A stretch of 58,702 nt of DNA, counting the filler, from Gonapodya sp. JEL0774 (lineage: Eukaryota): assembly GCA_027604505.1 (NCBI GenBank). It is 2 parts of 2 records of this genome, joined end to end, with 100 filler letters (N's around TTAATTAATTAA, not from the genome) between each part and the next. Parts side by side here need not be neighbours in the genome. Positions count along the whole stretch, not along the records: positions 1 to 29,400 come from JADIIX010000208.1; 1 more part is not named here. One strand, written 5' to 3'. The position numbers and the translations under genes are program-made. The notes below the pieces were generated by a model. It did no database searches, had not been told where the DNA came from, and saw only the letters and a program-made list of their open reading frames with translations. Within the stretch, counting starts at the first letter, position 1; each line of letters begins with the position of its first letter. Shown here in pieces: positions 1-11,638 of this stretch.

Positions 1-25
1 ACGGGACGACAGTCGTTGTGCTCGT

Positions 26-41
26 GGAGTCACGTGACTCC
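26..41. promoter_or_regulatory. Perfect 16-bp palindrome GGAGTCACGTGACTCC (bHLH E-box GTCACGTGAC core overlapping TGACTC AP-1/Gcn4-like half sites)
   Basis: Self-complementary sequence read directly; lies about 55 nt upstream of a candidate ATG at 95. Confidence 0.45.
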
Positions 42-675
42 GGCTAAACTCCCGCTTTTAGCCGTCGTCTCACAACAACAACCATCAAAGGTCAATGGTA
101 GAAAGCTTTTGAGTTTTCTCCTTGTTGCTGGGTGCGTATCACATTCATGTAGACTCTAAACAGAGTTTCACCCATGCTGACACAAAAACCACCTGGACAC
201 TCCCTCCAGCTTTGCAATCGTCATGCGAACTAGTTACGTGTCTGGCTTCCACAGCTTAATGAGAGACAACAGCACCAGGGCGCTGTAAACAATGCATGGA
301 CCAGTTAAATTGCTTTCTAAAGACAGTTGAATTTAATTCTTTTTTTGGAGATGTACTTGGTTATGGGAGGAGCAAACGCACACCAAATTTCCTGGCGATG
401 CATGGTTCACTGCCCTCACCTGCTCCTGCGAACCCAGAACTCACCCAGAATAGGACCGATGGCGCCAAGCGCTACAGAGCCGAAGACTGGAAAGTCAAAG
501 GCGTCGAAAATTCCCCGTCTGAAGGTGGGTTTGGCTTTGGTTTGCCGCGTGCCGTCGACGGCAGGGGACGTTGCCAGGCCAAGCTGATTCACTTCTCGAA
601 AACGGGATGCTCCGACGCCGATAAACTCACTCACGACAGAGCCCAAACGCGACAATCCACGCGAGAGCTACCCGC

Positions 676-3312
676 TTGACAGCATGCAAGGATCTTAAGG
701 AACTTGACACCACGCAGCGGGAATGTTCAACTGAACTATCCGCCCCGGCACCAGCTCCAGCATATCGCACTAGGGCTCGCGTGCAGGCTGAAAGAGCTGC
801 TCTGGCGGTCGATGAAAAGATATCCAAACCACTCCCGAAGCGCAACACACCAGCCCAACCGGCCGCGCCCACCAAACCCACGGCACCTTCGGCATTGAGT
901 AAGACAAAACGGCAACAGATATTGCGTACCGTGCAAGAAACTGCACAGGCAGGACCGTCTGTCGCGATGAAGCAACCACTCAAATCCGTGCAGTTCGCCC
1001 CCACACCCGAGCCGTCCAACCCCTCGTTCGAGTTTTCTTCAGATCCTTCTGCACTCGATGCTATTCTTAGCGCTGGTGATTCTCGTGACCTTGATTCTTC
1101 CTATCCCGCTCCCCCAATCCATCACACAACCCCCGCTTCATCCGCCACGTCCCGGGCCACATCCCAACTCACCCTTCATCCACCACCTCCAAACTCTCTC
1201 CTCGCTCTTCTCGCGGTCTCTCGTGCCAAAGACCCCTACCAACCTCCGAAACGGGACTCTATCTACACGCCGGCAGTCCGTCTCGCTGCACCCCCACCAC
1301 CCGCTCCCTCGTTCCTCGCCAACAATGGCGGGCCCCGCAAGGAACCACCGAGACAGAGTGCTCTCCTTGCTTCGGGTGGGCCAGTACGTGAGCTTAATTC
1401 CAACCTATCTCATTCGGGCGCTTCCTCCCGCACTCCCGCTCGACCTGCCATATCTGGTGGCGCTCTACGACTCGGTGGATCCTCCCGCGGAGTCCCTACT
1501 TTCGAGAGCGCACGTGCAAATCCATACGGAGAAGCTTACGTCCAGGACGCGAGACGTGGCGACCTTACGCAGTCGTCCTCTGCCATCAAGAATCCCACCA
1601 TGAGCGGAGCCGGTCAGAACCCTTACCACAACGGCGGGCACTCAGATGGGCCGGAGGGTCAAGGAATGGGAAAGGGAGACAACCGTAAAGCTGTTCGATT
1701 GGGTGTCGGGATGACCACAACCACTGCAACCTGGAATTCCAGTCGGGAACAAACCACCAATGTCCCACTCTCTCGCCCGACTTCCTACCTGGACTCTCCT
1801 CTCTTCCACACCCACCCCTCCTCCCAGTCGTCTTTCAATCTCGCATCCAACCGGTCGCTGTCCTCAAATGGTCACTCCTCCAACGCTCTTGATACCGCGG
1901 ATTCAACTGGAACATTTACATTCACCTCCCTCGGATTCCCACGTGGTCTCCCCATTAATGATACTCTCGCTCATCTTGCAGCCCTGCACTCTTCTTCATC
2001 CGGGTCTGCCTTCCCTTTCTCATCAACACAAACAAATTCAACGACCTCCGCCTCAACGGCACTGCGTGCTGCTCCGCCCTCTCCGCGAGCTGACCTGACA
2101 CCGCTGATTGCATCATTTGCTGCCCGTCGTGCCGCAGCGCAAACGTCTGGTACTACAACAGGCGCTCTTGGGGTGCTTGGCTTTGCAGCAACCCTCTCCT
2201 CTCCCTCCCGCGTCACTAGCAGGACATACACAACGCATGCTCTCCCTACATCTCCCATAAATCAACAACGTACACCCCTGAAATTTTCTTATGGTCCCGA
2301 ATCCTCCTCGTCGCCAGCTGGACCACGGAAAGGGTTGGGCCCGCCTCTGCTGGTACCGTCACCAAGTCCGGCAAACACCCTGCGCCGCCGTGCCGCGCTC
2401 GAAGATTTTGTCTCGAATCAGGGACGGGGTTCGCCGAAGGCAACGCCAGTGCCGACGCAATCTCTCTTTATGGAGCTCGCTCCATTCCCATCTGTAGGCT
2501 CAGGGTCCAGCTCAGACAATTGTACTGTATTTGCTCCAAGGGCGAAGGGGGCATTTGCTTTGCACCGGACTGAAGATGGTGTTGAGGACTTTACAATGGA
2601 ACACATAAGTACTGTGGTGGGGATTGGGAGTATCACGAGCACGGTCGTCAAACAAGATCGGAAATCGGCGGATTTTGTGGGGGAGAAGGAAAGGAAGAAG
2701 TCGGGGGAGAGTGTACATTCAAACGTGCACCAGAGGAACGACGTGGTACAGGACGTTACAGATTCGCAGAATGACGAAAATCGAGAACCGAAGATCCCCG
2801 AAGATTCAAAGGACTCCACGCTACCCGGCAAAGGAAAAGGGAAGAAAGAGGTTGGCAAGGTGCTTATGGTTGTGAATGGGGCGGTTTCTCCAGGAACCAC
2901 CTTGGGTGCCGAACGACCGTCGACCTCGCGAACAAACGCACGTAACGTCATCATAACTTCTGATCCGGTACTGATGGAAGCAGTAGTGGCCAAGGATTTG
3001 AATTTCCATAGCTTACGGGGGATGGAGACGCATTCGGCGGAGCTCCAGCAACCGGCACCGGCCAGTGCCGCCCGCGGGGATAAATCCGACAAGGAGAATA
3101 ATCCTACCGTCATGCAAAGCAAGATAGTGGACATAACCATCTCTGGCTCTCCGGCGTACTGCAGATCTGATACCAAAAGCAGACCGGAGCCGGTAGCTTC
3201 CGGTGTTGTCGCCGACAAAGGTGATATGATGTCTAAAAATGAACGTCGAAAGTCCCAAAGAGAGCGGAGGACGACTGTGCATTATTTACCTTGGGGTGAG
3301 GATGACGATTGA
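676..3312 (+). CDS. Ser/Pro/Thr-rich, largely disordered hypothetical protein (large terminal exon; small upstream exons probably start near ATG 95)
   Basis: 878-codon open frame; no recognisable domain; upstream ATG-GT and CAG splice-like signals; SKIP motif in an upstream candidate exon (~500-525). Confidence 0.6.
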   Translation: MTACKDLKELDTTQRECSTELSAPAPAPAYRTRARVQAERAALAVDEKISKPLPKRNTPAQPAAPTKPTAPSALSKTKRQQILRTVQETAQAGPSVAMKQPLKSVQFAPTPEPSNPSFEFSSDPSALDAILSAGDSRDLDSSYPAPPIHHTTPASSATSRATSQLTLHPPPPNSLLALLAVSRAKDPYQPPKRDSIYTPAVRLAAPPPPAPSFLANNGGPRKEPPRQSALLASGGPVRELNSNLSHSGASSRTPARPAISGGALRLGGSSRGVPTFESARANPYGEAYVQDARRGDLTQSSSAIKNPTMSGAGQNPYHNGGHSDGPEGQGMGKGDNRKAVRLGVGMTTTTATWNSSREQTTNVPLSRPTSYLDSPLFHTHPSSQSSFNLASNRSLSSNGHSSNALDTADSTGTFTFTSLGFPRGLPINDTLAHLAALHSSSSGSAFPFSSTQTNSTTSASTALRAAPPSPRADLTPLIASFAARRAAAQTSGTTTGALGVLGFAATLSSPSRVTSRTYTTHALPTSPINQQRTPLKFSYGPESSSSPAGPRKGLGPPLLVPSPSPANTLRRRAALEDFVSNQGRGSPKATPVPTQSLFMELAPFPSVGSGSSSDNCTVFAPRAKGAFALHRTEDGVEDFTMEHISTVVGIGSITSTVVKQDRKSADFVGEKERKKSGESVHSNVHQRNDVVQDVTDSQNDENREPKIPEDSKDSTLPGKGKGKKEVGKVLMVVNGAVSPGTTLGAERPSTSRTNARNVIITSDPVLMEAVVAKDLNFHSLRGMETHSAELQQPAPASAARGDKSDKENNPTVMQSKIVDITISGSPAYCRSDTKSRPEPVASGVVADKGDMMSKNERRKSQRERRTTVHYLPWGEDDD

Positions 3313-3725
3313 TGGGGAACAACTTGAATCGCTTGGCATATGCCGCCGCCTCCACTGTGGTTGTAATAATGTTCGAAATTTTGAAATTATATTTCGTCAA
3401 GGAATAAAACAACATAATGCCTTTGCACTGGAGAGTCGATTGCGGAACTGCACCTTAGTCCGGCACTCTCCAGACGCGTCCGTTGGAGCATTTTGAGTGC
3501 TTGGACCGGGCACACGTTTCCGTTTCGCCTGGGGCTTGCACCGTGCACGACCGCAGGTGAACTGCACCCTCGCCCGCACCCCACAGCATATTCTTGCGCC
3601 AGGCGAGCGGTTTCCCAACCAGCCTTCAAAATCCGCGGCAACACGGGTCAGACGAACCAAAGCATACTCGTGCCACTAAGAAATTGATCGGTGCTCATCC
3701 TCCACAACGGTTCAGAGCAAGAACA

Positions 3726-4157
3726 ATGACCAGTTCGATGCCCAGTTTCCACAAGGATGGTACTCTCCCACCCCAGGGCTCACATGTCTTCGTTTTTGGC
3801 TCAAATTTGGGAGGGCGGCACGGCAAGGGTGCTGCATTGGTGGCATACCAGCGATATGGAGCGATTCGAGGTGTTGGAGAAGGACGAATGGGACAATCGT
3901 ACGGCGTTCCTACAAAAGATTCGCAGCTCAAAGTCCTCAAAGTTCAACGAATCGCAGAATCTGCGTCCACCTTCGTTGCGTATGCTAATGAACATCCAGA
4001 GGAGAAATTTTGGGTGACGAGAGTGGGATGCGGGCTGGCGGGATTCGAGGATGCCCAGATTGCTCCGCTGTTTCGAGGCGCTCGAGAGAACTGTAACTTT
4101 CCTCGAGAGTGGGAAGCATTTCTGTTGGACGCCGAAATGAGTGAGCAGGAGTCGTAA
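3726..4157 (+). CDS. Intronless A1S_2505-like (phage non-structural, macrodomain-like) protein, 143 aa
   Basis: Motifs VFVFGSNLGGRHGKGAA, GQSYGVPTK, FWVTRVGCGLAG and IAPLF match the recalled bacterial/phage family; ATG 3726 is in frame with TAA 4157. Confidence 0.8.
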   Translation: MTSSMPSFHKDGTLPPQGSHVFVFGSNLGGRHGKGAALVAYQRYGAIRGVGEGRMGQSYGVPTKDSQLKVLKVQRIAESASTFVAYANEHPEEKFWVTRVGCGLAGFEDAQIAPLFRGARENCNFPREWEAFLLDAEMSEQES

Positions 4158-4373
4158 GACGGAGGAAGTTTTGTGTTTGCGTGTGAATGTACTGTGGCTA
4201 CGATAATCGACATCATTTCTTGACTAATGATTGAAAGAAGATATTGGTGTGATGGTGTAGCCATCCCCATCAGAACAAGTACTTCAGTGCTCCATCTTCT
4301 GAATCCTCGTCACACTCCACTTCATCCAGCAAACCAGGTCCCATACCTTTGGTATGCAAGAAGCACACTCAGA

Positions 4374-7300
4374 TTAGAGCGCAAAACATAATTTCAAGTT
4401 GTACTCACTCTCTGCCACTGCAGTCTTCGCACCAACAGTCATAGCAGCTGCCCTAACACCCGCATGCACGACGTCATCCAATTTGTGATCTGGTCCAAAC
4501 GTGGCTACTCCCGCAATTACACAGCCGACTAAGGTGTCACCCGCGCCAGTCACAGAGACTATGTTCGTCACAGGTCGTGCGGGTACGTGTTTAAAGCGTA
4601 GCTTGCACGGTTCCGCCCCTTCGTCGTTGTCTGCAGAGAAAGGAAATGGGTTGATGCACCATGAAGGTGCGCATGCTTCAGATACAGAGTAGGAACGCGG
4701 CACGCGTTGCGTGAGAAGGAGACCATGGGCACCGAGTTTGGTGAGAAGGGTGAAGCGGGAGTGAGTAAAAAAGGAATGAAGGGTGATAACGTCAGGTAGA
4801 AGGGTAGGAATGTCTACGCGATTTGTTGTGGGTGTTGGTTGGAAACACTCAAATCAGGAGTACATAGAACTCCACCCCTCACCTTGTAAGATAGGTTCTA
4901 GTTCCTCGAATGTCCTCATTGCCTCATCTGCCATTTTACTTTTCTCTTCCACACCCATTTCAATCCACTTAGTCTTCACAGCTTCCGCCATAGCCCTCAG
5001 TTCAATGGCATTTGGACTCACATACCTCACCGCTCCAATCATATTAGCGTCCTCTTCACCCGCCACTCCGAGAGCTTCAATGAGCCGCACAGACTTGGGG
5101 ACACTGGTCGGCTCGAACAGGCATGGAATCGACATGGATGAAGTACGCCGGAGAATGTAACGCATTGCACCTAGAGAAATATTGCCGTCAAACGCCACAA
5201 TCGGCGTGTCTGATGTTTGATAACGATCGAGGGCCTGAAATGAGTGAGCGTCCCTGATTTGACGAGCATCAGCACGATGCTTCAGGACGTTCGTCCTCAC
5301 CTTCCTCACCACATCCTCACTCAAAGCCCCTAAGATATCCATATCCGCTACCGCAACGACCAATTCCCCTTTTGTATCATGTACCGCGCTGTACACCGCG
5401 GTCCTTCTCCCTTCCATGACCTCGACCCCGCTCACGTCGATTCCCAAGCCCCTCATAGTACCAATGACGCTGGCACCCGCAATATCGTCTCCCACAGCAG
5501 AGATGAGAATCGAGTCCACGCCGAGTCGGAAAGATGACTCGGCGAGATTGCGCGCCACTCCACCGGGGGACTGGTGGATGTGGCCAGGAGACGACGTTGA
5601 GTGGGTGGAATGAGCGGTTGGGAGGAGGGTGGAGGTTATGTCCAGGGTGGCGCCGCCGATAATTATCTGGGGAGTACGTAACGCAGAGGACATCAATCAA
5701 AGGATTCTAAGAACCATCATACTAAAGGAAACAACGACCACAGCCCTTTCATCCTTAACTCACAGGTCTCTTGTCTCCCACGACTCTCAGCCGTGCCCTC
5801 ATTTCCTCGGCTCTCCCAACTTTCTCCAAACCAGCGGTTCTGTCCGTGATACCAATGCCGCTGATGTTGTCGACCTCACCCCGCAAACCGTCTCTTTGCT
5901 TTACCAGCGTTTCGGCAATTAATGCGGCAGCGGTAGGCGATGGTTTATTAGGGTGAAGAGGCGATTCGATCACGGACGAGGGTATACGATCGGACGATGA
6001 TGCTTTGGGAAACGCATGTTCCCGGGCAAACAATTCGGAGTCAGCTTTGGCGACCTCACACGCGAATCGTACATTGTTTTCGATGAGCGCGATGCTGTAT
6101 AAGGGGCACAATAATTCAGAAAAGCAATCAAGAAACATGTGGAACAAACATGAGCACAATCACATTCTTCGCAAACCAAACTTGAGTAGCACAAAAAGGA
6201 CCCACTTGGCATTCACCGATTCACCCCCTGTGAGTCTTTTTACTTCGTCCAAAATCCATGGTGTGACTTCCTTGCCCCTGATGCCTTTATTCGTGGCCCT
6301 CTCCACAGCAACGTTGATCGCATGAGCAATGGATGCTGCATCCGGGGATGCGTGTGGAGGGATTGGAACGCACAGAAGGAGTCCCGAGGAGTGTGTGAGG
6401 TGACGGGATGTGGCTGGAGGTGAATGGGTGATGCCAGAAAGAGGTACGGAGAAAAGATGTGAGTGAGAAGAGTCGCAACTACAGAGATATGTACATAAGG
6501 ATTTCAAACGTTCATCGGGCTTGTGATGTTAGTTCCACGCCCGGCTTGATCATGCTGATCCTTATTCGTCCTGTTACAAACCACTCTTCCTACCCACCCA
6601 TTATAGCCGCGGCTTCCCCCGGACTCCCTATCTCTATCGGGCTCGCGCATCCCGAGTCCCGCGTGTAGAACGCAGGGAACGGGACGGGCACTCCGGGGAT
6701 GTGGTGGGCGTCGCGTAGGGTCGCGACCGGTACACCGTAGGTTTCAAGAAACTGTGGGGGTACATGGAGTGCAAGGGCATAAAGGTGGAAAAACAGCCGT
6801 CACAATCTGGTGATTGCTTGAAAGAAATAACGAGACATGTCGGGATATCGGGGTCCAACGGGTCCGCCGAGACTGTCTCCAGTAGTGCCGACTACCACAC
6901 AGCCCAAGGCATGTTCGATTTCCCTGCCAATCAACACACTCCCTCAGAACCCACCTCCAACGTCCTCGGAATATCCAAAATGGCCTTTGCACCGGCACAC
7001 ACGACCGCAACCGGGGTTCGTGCGAGTTCAGTGAGGTCTGCGGAAACGTCGAGAGCTGCAACGTTTGACGCGTTCGGCCAGGTGGAGAGAACATGTCAAG
7101 GTGGGGAAATATATGGCGGACGAAGAGCAATACCAAAAACAGATCCGTGCGGTGCGTCTCTCTTGGCGCAGGGCCACAACTTGGCATGCTTTCTGCCGCG
7201 TTCTTCTCTCATCCCCTACACCAGTGAAAGTCCAGGACCAGTGGACACGTGCACACGGCAAAAACGTACGCACGCACAACGCATGCAAACAAACACCTAA

Positions 7301-8363
7301 TCCCCATCGCGGTACCCCCTCACTAACAGCAAATCACCGACCGTCCTCTATCTACTCACAGTCCTCCCCTCCCCTATGCACACCTCCGATTCCTCCAGTC
7401 GCGAACACACGAATGCCAGCAAGGTGGGCTGCGAGAGCAGTGGCAGAGACGGTGGTAGAGCCTGTGAGACGCTGCCGTGGGGGTGGTTTGTTAATTAAGG
7501 TTGATAAGGTGCAGCTGTGAGGCAATGCTTGAGAGAGTGGTGTGTAACACCCATGCGATTCCAAGCGCCTTCATCACGCCAGCAAATATTCATCCAGTTT
7601 TCGCGAACCTCTGACGCAACATCCATGATCGTTTGGTAGGGTATGAAATCTCTCCTGCCCACTTAAATGTGGGCTTAGTGCATTGACAACACGTTTTATC
7701 CTGTCGTTTTCCAAAGCACTCGTAGTTCTCACCTTTGCCATAACCGCCGCCAAATCTCTTCGACTAGTCTTGACGGCGTGTCCACTGTCGAACGCAAGTC
7801 GTTCCAGGTCAGTGGAGTCCAGACCAACTCGTAAAACGCCATCGATGATGGCGATGGTGGCCGGGGTGCAACCGGAGGAGATGATGATGTTTTCGAGTGC
7901 GAGAGCGGTTTGGAGGTTCGTTGGGTAGGGAAGACCTAGGACGGTGAGGTGTCGGGTATGGCAGTAGCTCACGAATGAAATTCAGCGTACCGTGCGTGAT
8001 GATTGTTGATTCCAGTGCGACGACGGGGAGGCCTGCCGTAAGAGCGGCGCGGACTTTTTCAGAGATATGAATGGAGGGGGAAATAGGAGCAGATGGCAGC
8101 AAAGGTGGAGACGGACGCAAGGAAATAGAGCGTGATCGAGCGTCGGTGTTGGCAGGCAAGCAGTATCGAGCAAGCGGTGGAGATGTGCGTGTGTGGAGGG
8201 AATTGGTGGATAAGGCCGCTGTTCGTGGGGAAACATGCCTCAGGGGCAATGACGCAGACGCAACAAAAGGGAGGGCATAGATCGATCGGATGCAGGCCGG
8301 GGACGATCGCGGCATCGCCATCTTCACGGTCGCCGCAGCTGAAGACGGTGCTGCCGTCTGCAT
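4374..8363 (-). CDS. Pseudouridine-5'-phosphate glycosidase / pseudouridine kinase (PfkB) bifunctional protein, multi-exon
   Basis: PsuG motifs [48 protein letters not shown]; PfkB motifs [33 protein letters not shown]-terminus resembles an organellar presequence; start uncertain. Confidence 0.9.
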
Positions 8364-8903
8364 TCCTGCTACTCGAGACACATTCCAACCGATTCGTATT
8401 TGTATCGGTGTCACTCGACCGATCATTTTTGCAGCTTATTCCCGGAGCGGATGCAAGCCAGGAACGCAGAGTTTCCAATCAGTGTGGGAGTATCAATTGG
8501 TACTACCGGCTGCCGATGACGACTACCCCCAAAAAGTATTTTGGAAGGTCAGCGGGTACATTTGTATTCGAAATAGAACATTTGAGAGTCTGGAACAAGA
8601 CGTAGTCCCGGCGTACAACAAATCAAAAGAGAATGAAAACCATCAAAGTGAGAAAGGTGACAAGTAATTCCATATAACCATGAATAAGCCATGGTGTGAG
8701 TGTATGAAGGTGCATCTGTTTCGCCAGTCGATTTCTTGCCCTCTGATATCTTCAAATGGGCATGTTCTTCCATCTAATCTCTGTTCGCTACCTAGAGAGG
8801 ATGCTTATTAGCCTCTTGCATATTTTAGGTATGCTTCTATCTAGTAATAGGTGCTGGTGCAGTGCTGCCCCCACCGTGCAAATTTCAGCTTCTTCCAGTC
8901 CCG

Positions 8904-11207
8904 CTACACTGGGTCCGTACCAGCAGGTGGGGCTTCCGGGTCTTTTGGTTTCGCCAACCTGTACACATTCTTTGAACTCGCCGTGGCGCACAATTGCCTT
9001 ATCGCCAACATGAACGAAAACATAAGGTCAGTGAGAGGAAAACATAGATTGGTACACCTCCCTCACCCCCACGGTGGCCCTTTTGTTTGTCACACGAAGC
9101 ATGTCGGTCAACTCACCTTGCCACTGACAACAGACGGCCCTTTTCGTCCCATATTTCCAGATCCCACTCGCGCTTGCCATATGTGGCCATGCGATTGCGG
9201 CTACAGAGGAGGTACCATTCGAGAGAGGGGTCGGGGATGGCACGAAGTCTGAGTGGAGAGACCGCGGGAACGAGCATAAAATTTCACAAATGTCAGCAAG
9301 CATAGTTGCCAGAGGTACTGCTAGCGATTTTGAAGGGGACCGCTCACTGTATTTGGAACTCTATTGTCTGAAAAACGACGGCAGCGCAAGGGGAGAACTA
9401 TTACGGTCAATGATTCGCAACGGAATACGCGCGTGCCCTACTCACCGGCATGAACCCGTCCAGGTCCTGTGGCCTGCGCTTCCATCCAAACGGAGAGTTC
9501 CAGTAATCACTAAAAAATGCGAGTGTTGCCGTTGTGGGGCGGTGGGTGGTGTCCACCCACTTGTGAACACGGTGAGTGGCAGGATTGTGAATAGTGTGGG
9601 AAGAATGCCGAGACATGTCAGATTCATACTTGATCCGCGCCAGGAGACAAACACAAGTTTCAAAGAGCATTTTGATAAGGACACGATCTCGCGTCGCAGC
9701 AACTAGATTCTCCGTCAGAAATCGACAATGATTGGCATCATTACTCAATCAGCGGTGCAACTCGAGATCCCAACTTGAGCATTCATCCCACAATACTCTC
9801 GCACACAGACACACACAGACAGACACCCGCACAAAACCACAGCAGCATCCACTCACCCGCACCCATTTGCACCAATCGGCGCCCTTTTCGAGTGTGTCTA
9901 CGTCACTCTCCGCGTGCGGCATGTCCCGCGTTTCGATATAGTCCTGCATAGTCTTTCCAGTAACGGGGGACACCTTCCAGGTCGAGTTGTGAGTCGGACG
10001 TGGAGAACATATGGCAAGTCGGGGTAAGCCAAGGCCAACTCGCCGGGCCGATGATATGTCGGCCCCGTCTGTGGACGCGTGGTTTTCGGTGTGAGTTGGT
10101 GATGCTCCGGGCTCAGCAAAGGCGTCGGATGGGAAGTGCGTTGTCATGGGTGACGGTAGGGCCGGCGGATCGAAGGGGGAGGTGATGGGGGTGCGTCCGT
10201 CGTTGGAAAGGATGGTGTACATGCCATTTTCACTAGCAAGGTCCGACAGGGTGATTCTGGCAGAGGCCAGCGTAATATAGGTGATCGAGGATGTGTTCAA
10301 AGTGTTGTTGGCTGTGGCGTTGCCGACATTCACCGTCGTGCCAGTGCTTGTACCACCATTCGTGGTCGCCTTGGTGGCAACACCGTTCACAGGAGGAGGC
10401 ATAACTTCTGCAACCGACACAGCACCCAGTCCAGATATGGTGGCTGTTGGCTGCTTTGGAGGGGGTGCAGGTTGACGGAGCACCACCTCTAGAAAGGCGA
10501 ACCTGCCACCAACGCGGATGGGATTCACGACGGCGATGAAAGGTCCCTCTTGTCCGGCTTGAATGAGCGTAGCAGACATAGCAACGGGTTCTAAAAGAAG
10601 GTGACGTTGAGTGATGCATGTTCAAGTCCGAGCGAGGGGGAATGGGGAAAGGGGTGCAAAAGAACCTCCGGCACCATCAACGGTTGGGTACTTCCACACC
10701 AGTCCATCCTCCGCGCCCAAACCAAACTCCCGAAAATTAACTTACCGTGAAACCTGGCGTCCAATCCTAATCTCCTGGATTCAAATCTTCCCGCCTCGAG
10801 GCACAGTGCTAGTATGTAGCCACCAAAGGGAGCCCAATCCGAGACAAACTGCTCGTCGATGAACCCGTTCAGAACAGCATAGGTACGATCGCCGCCGAGC
10901 TCAGGTGGAGCGTGGAGAGTTTGTAGATGGGAAAACGAGTACTGGATAGAGCGACCTGTCGCCGAATGATTTCGTGGTGTATATAGTATGGGTGTCCACG
11001 TGTGGATGCACGAAGGTTTCCATATTGTAATAGGGCCGTTCAAATGGGATTGAATATCGATGGTTTAGGTGATGTGTGGTGGCAGGTGTCAGAGCTCGGA
11101 ATCAAACTGCACTGCGAGATGGACCCACCAAGAAGGTCCGATGGCGAGTCCGCATCTGCTCTCCTCATACCGTTTGCCTCCATCCTATCTATCTGAGTCG
11201 CAGCCAT
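8904..11207 (-). CDS. Hotdog-fold acyl-CoA thioesterase-like protein, multi-exon
   Basis: N-terminal DWAPFGGYILA, central IRVGGRFAF, LAFFSDYW, TIEFQI, C-terminal EIWDEKGRLLSVAR|QL; stop TAG 8904-8906; first exon uncertain. Confidence 0.7.
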
Positions 11208-11638
11208 TGCGATGCTCCGCTCAACAATCAGCAATGGACAGTAACTTGCTATTCTGTTTTCCTGTTCCGTGAGTTCAGCGGTGCAACTCTTTTCAACGAA
11301 GCGAAGATCTGCCGTGAGCATCTCCTCCATCACCCAACAAATTCACAAATCAAGCACGCACGCACACACGATTTACCCGAACGAATTTGCTATGCTAATG
11401 GTGTGTTTTGATATCCCGACGAAGTGCAGACGTGGATGACAGAATTGTCGAGAGCCCTCTCCGAATCGTCGAACTTATGTCACATTGGCATAACATGGTA
11501 ACATGGTATGTATTGACTGTTTCGTAATACGAGTATTTTTGTGGATCGGCTTTGGTCTGTGCTTACAAATTAAGAATGATGATCCGACAACGCGGTTCTG
11601 AAAAAGCTCATCTTCGTCGGCATTCTGGAGTTTAAATT

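Noticed and set aside
2418..3218. Long antisense ORFs (also 50601-51158, 31139-31969)
   Set aside because: Shadow frames of GC-rich or low-complexity coding sequence with no recognisable domains
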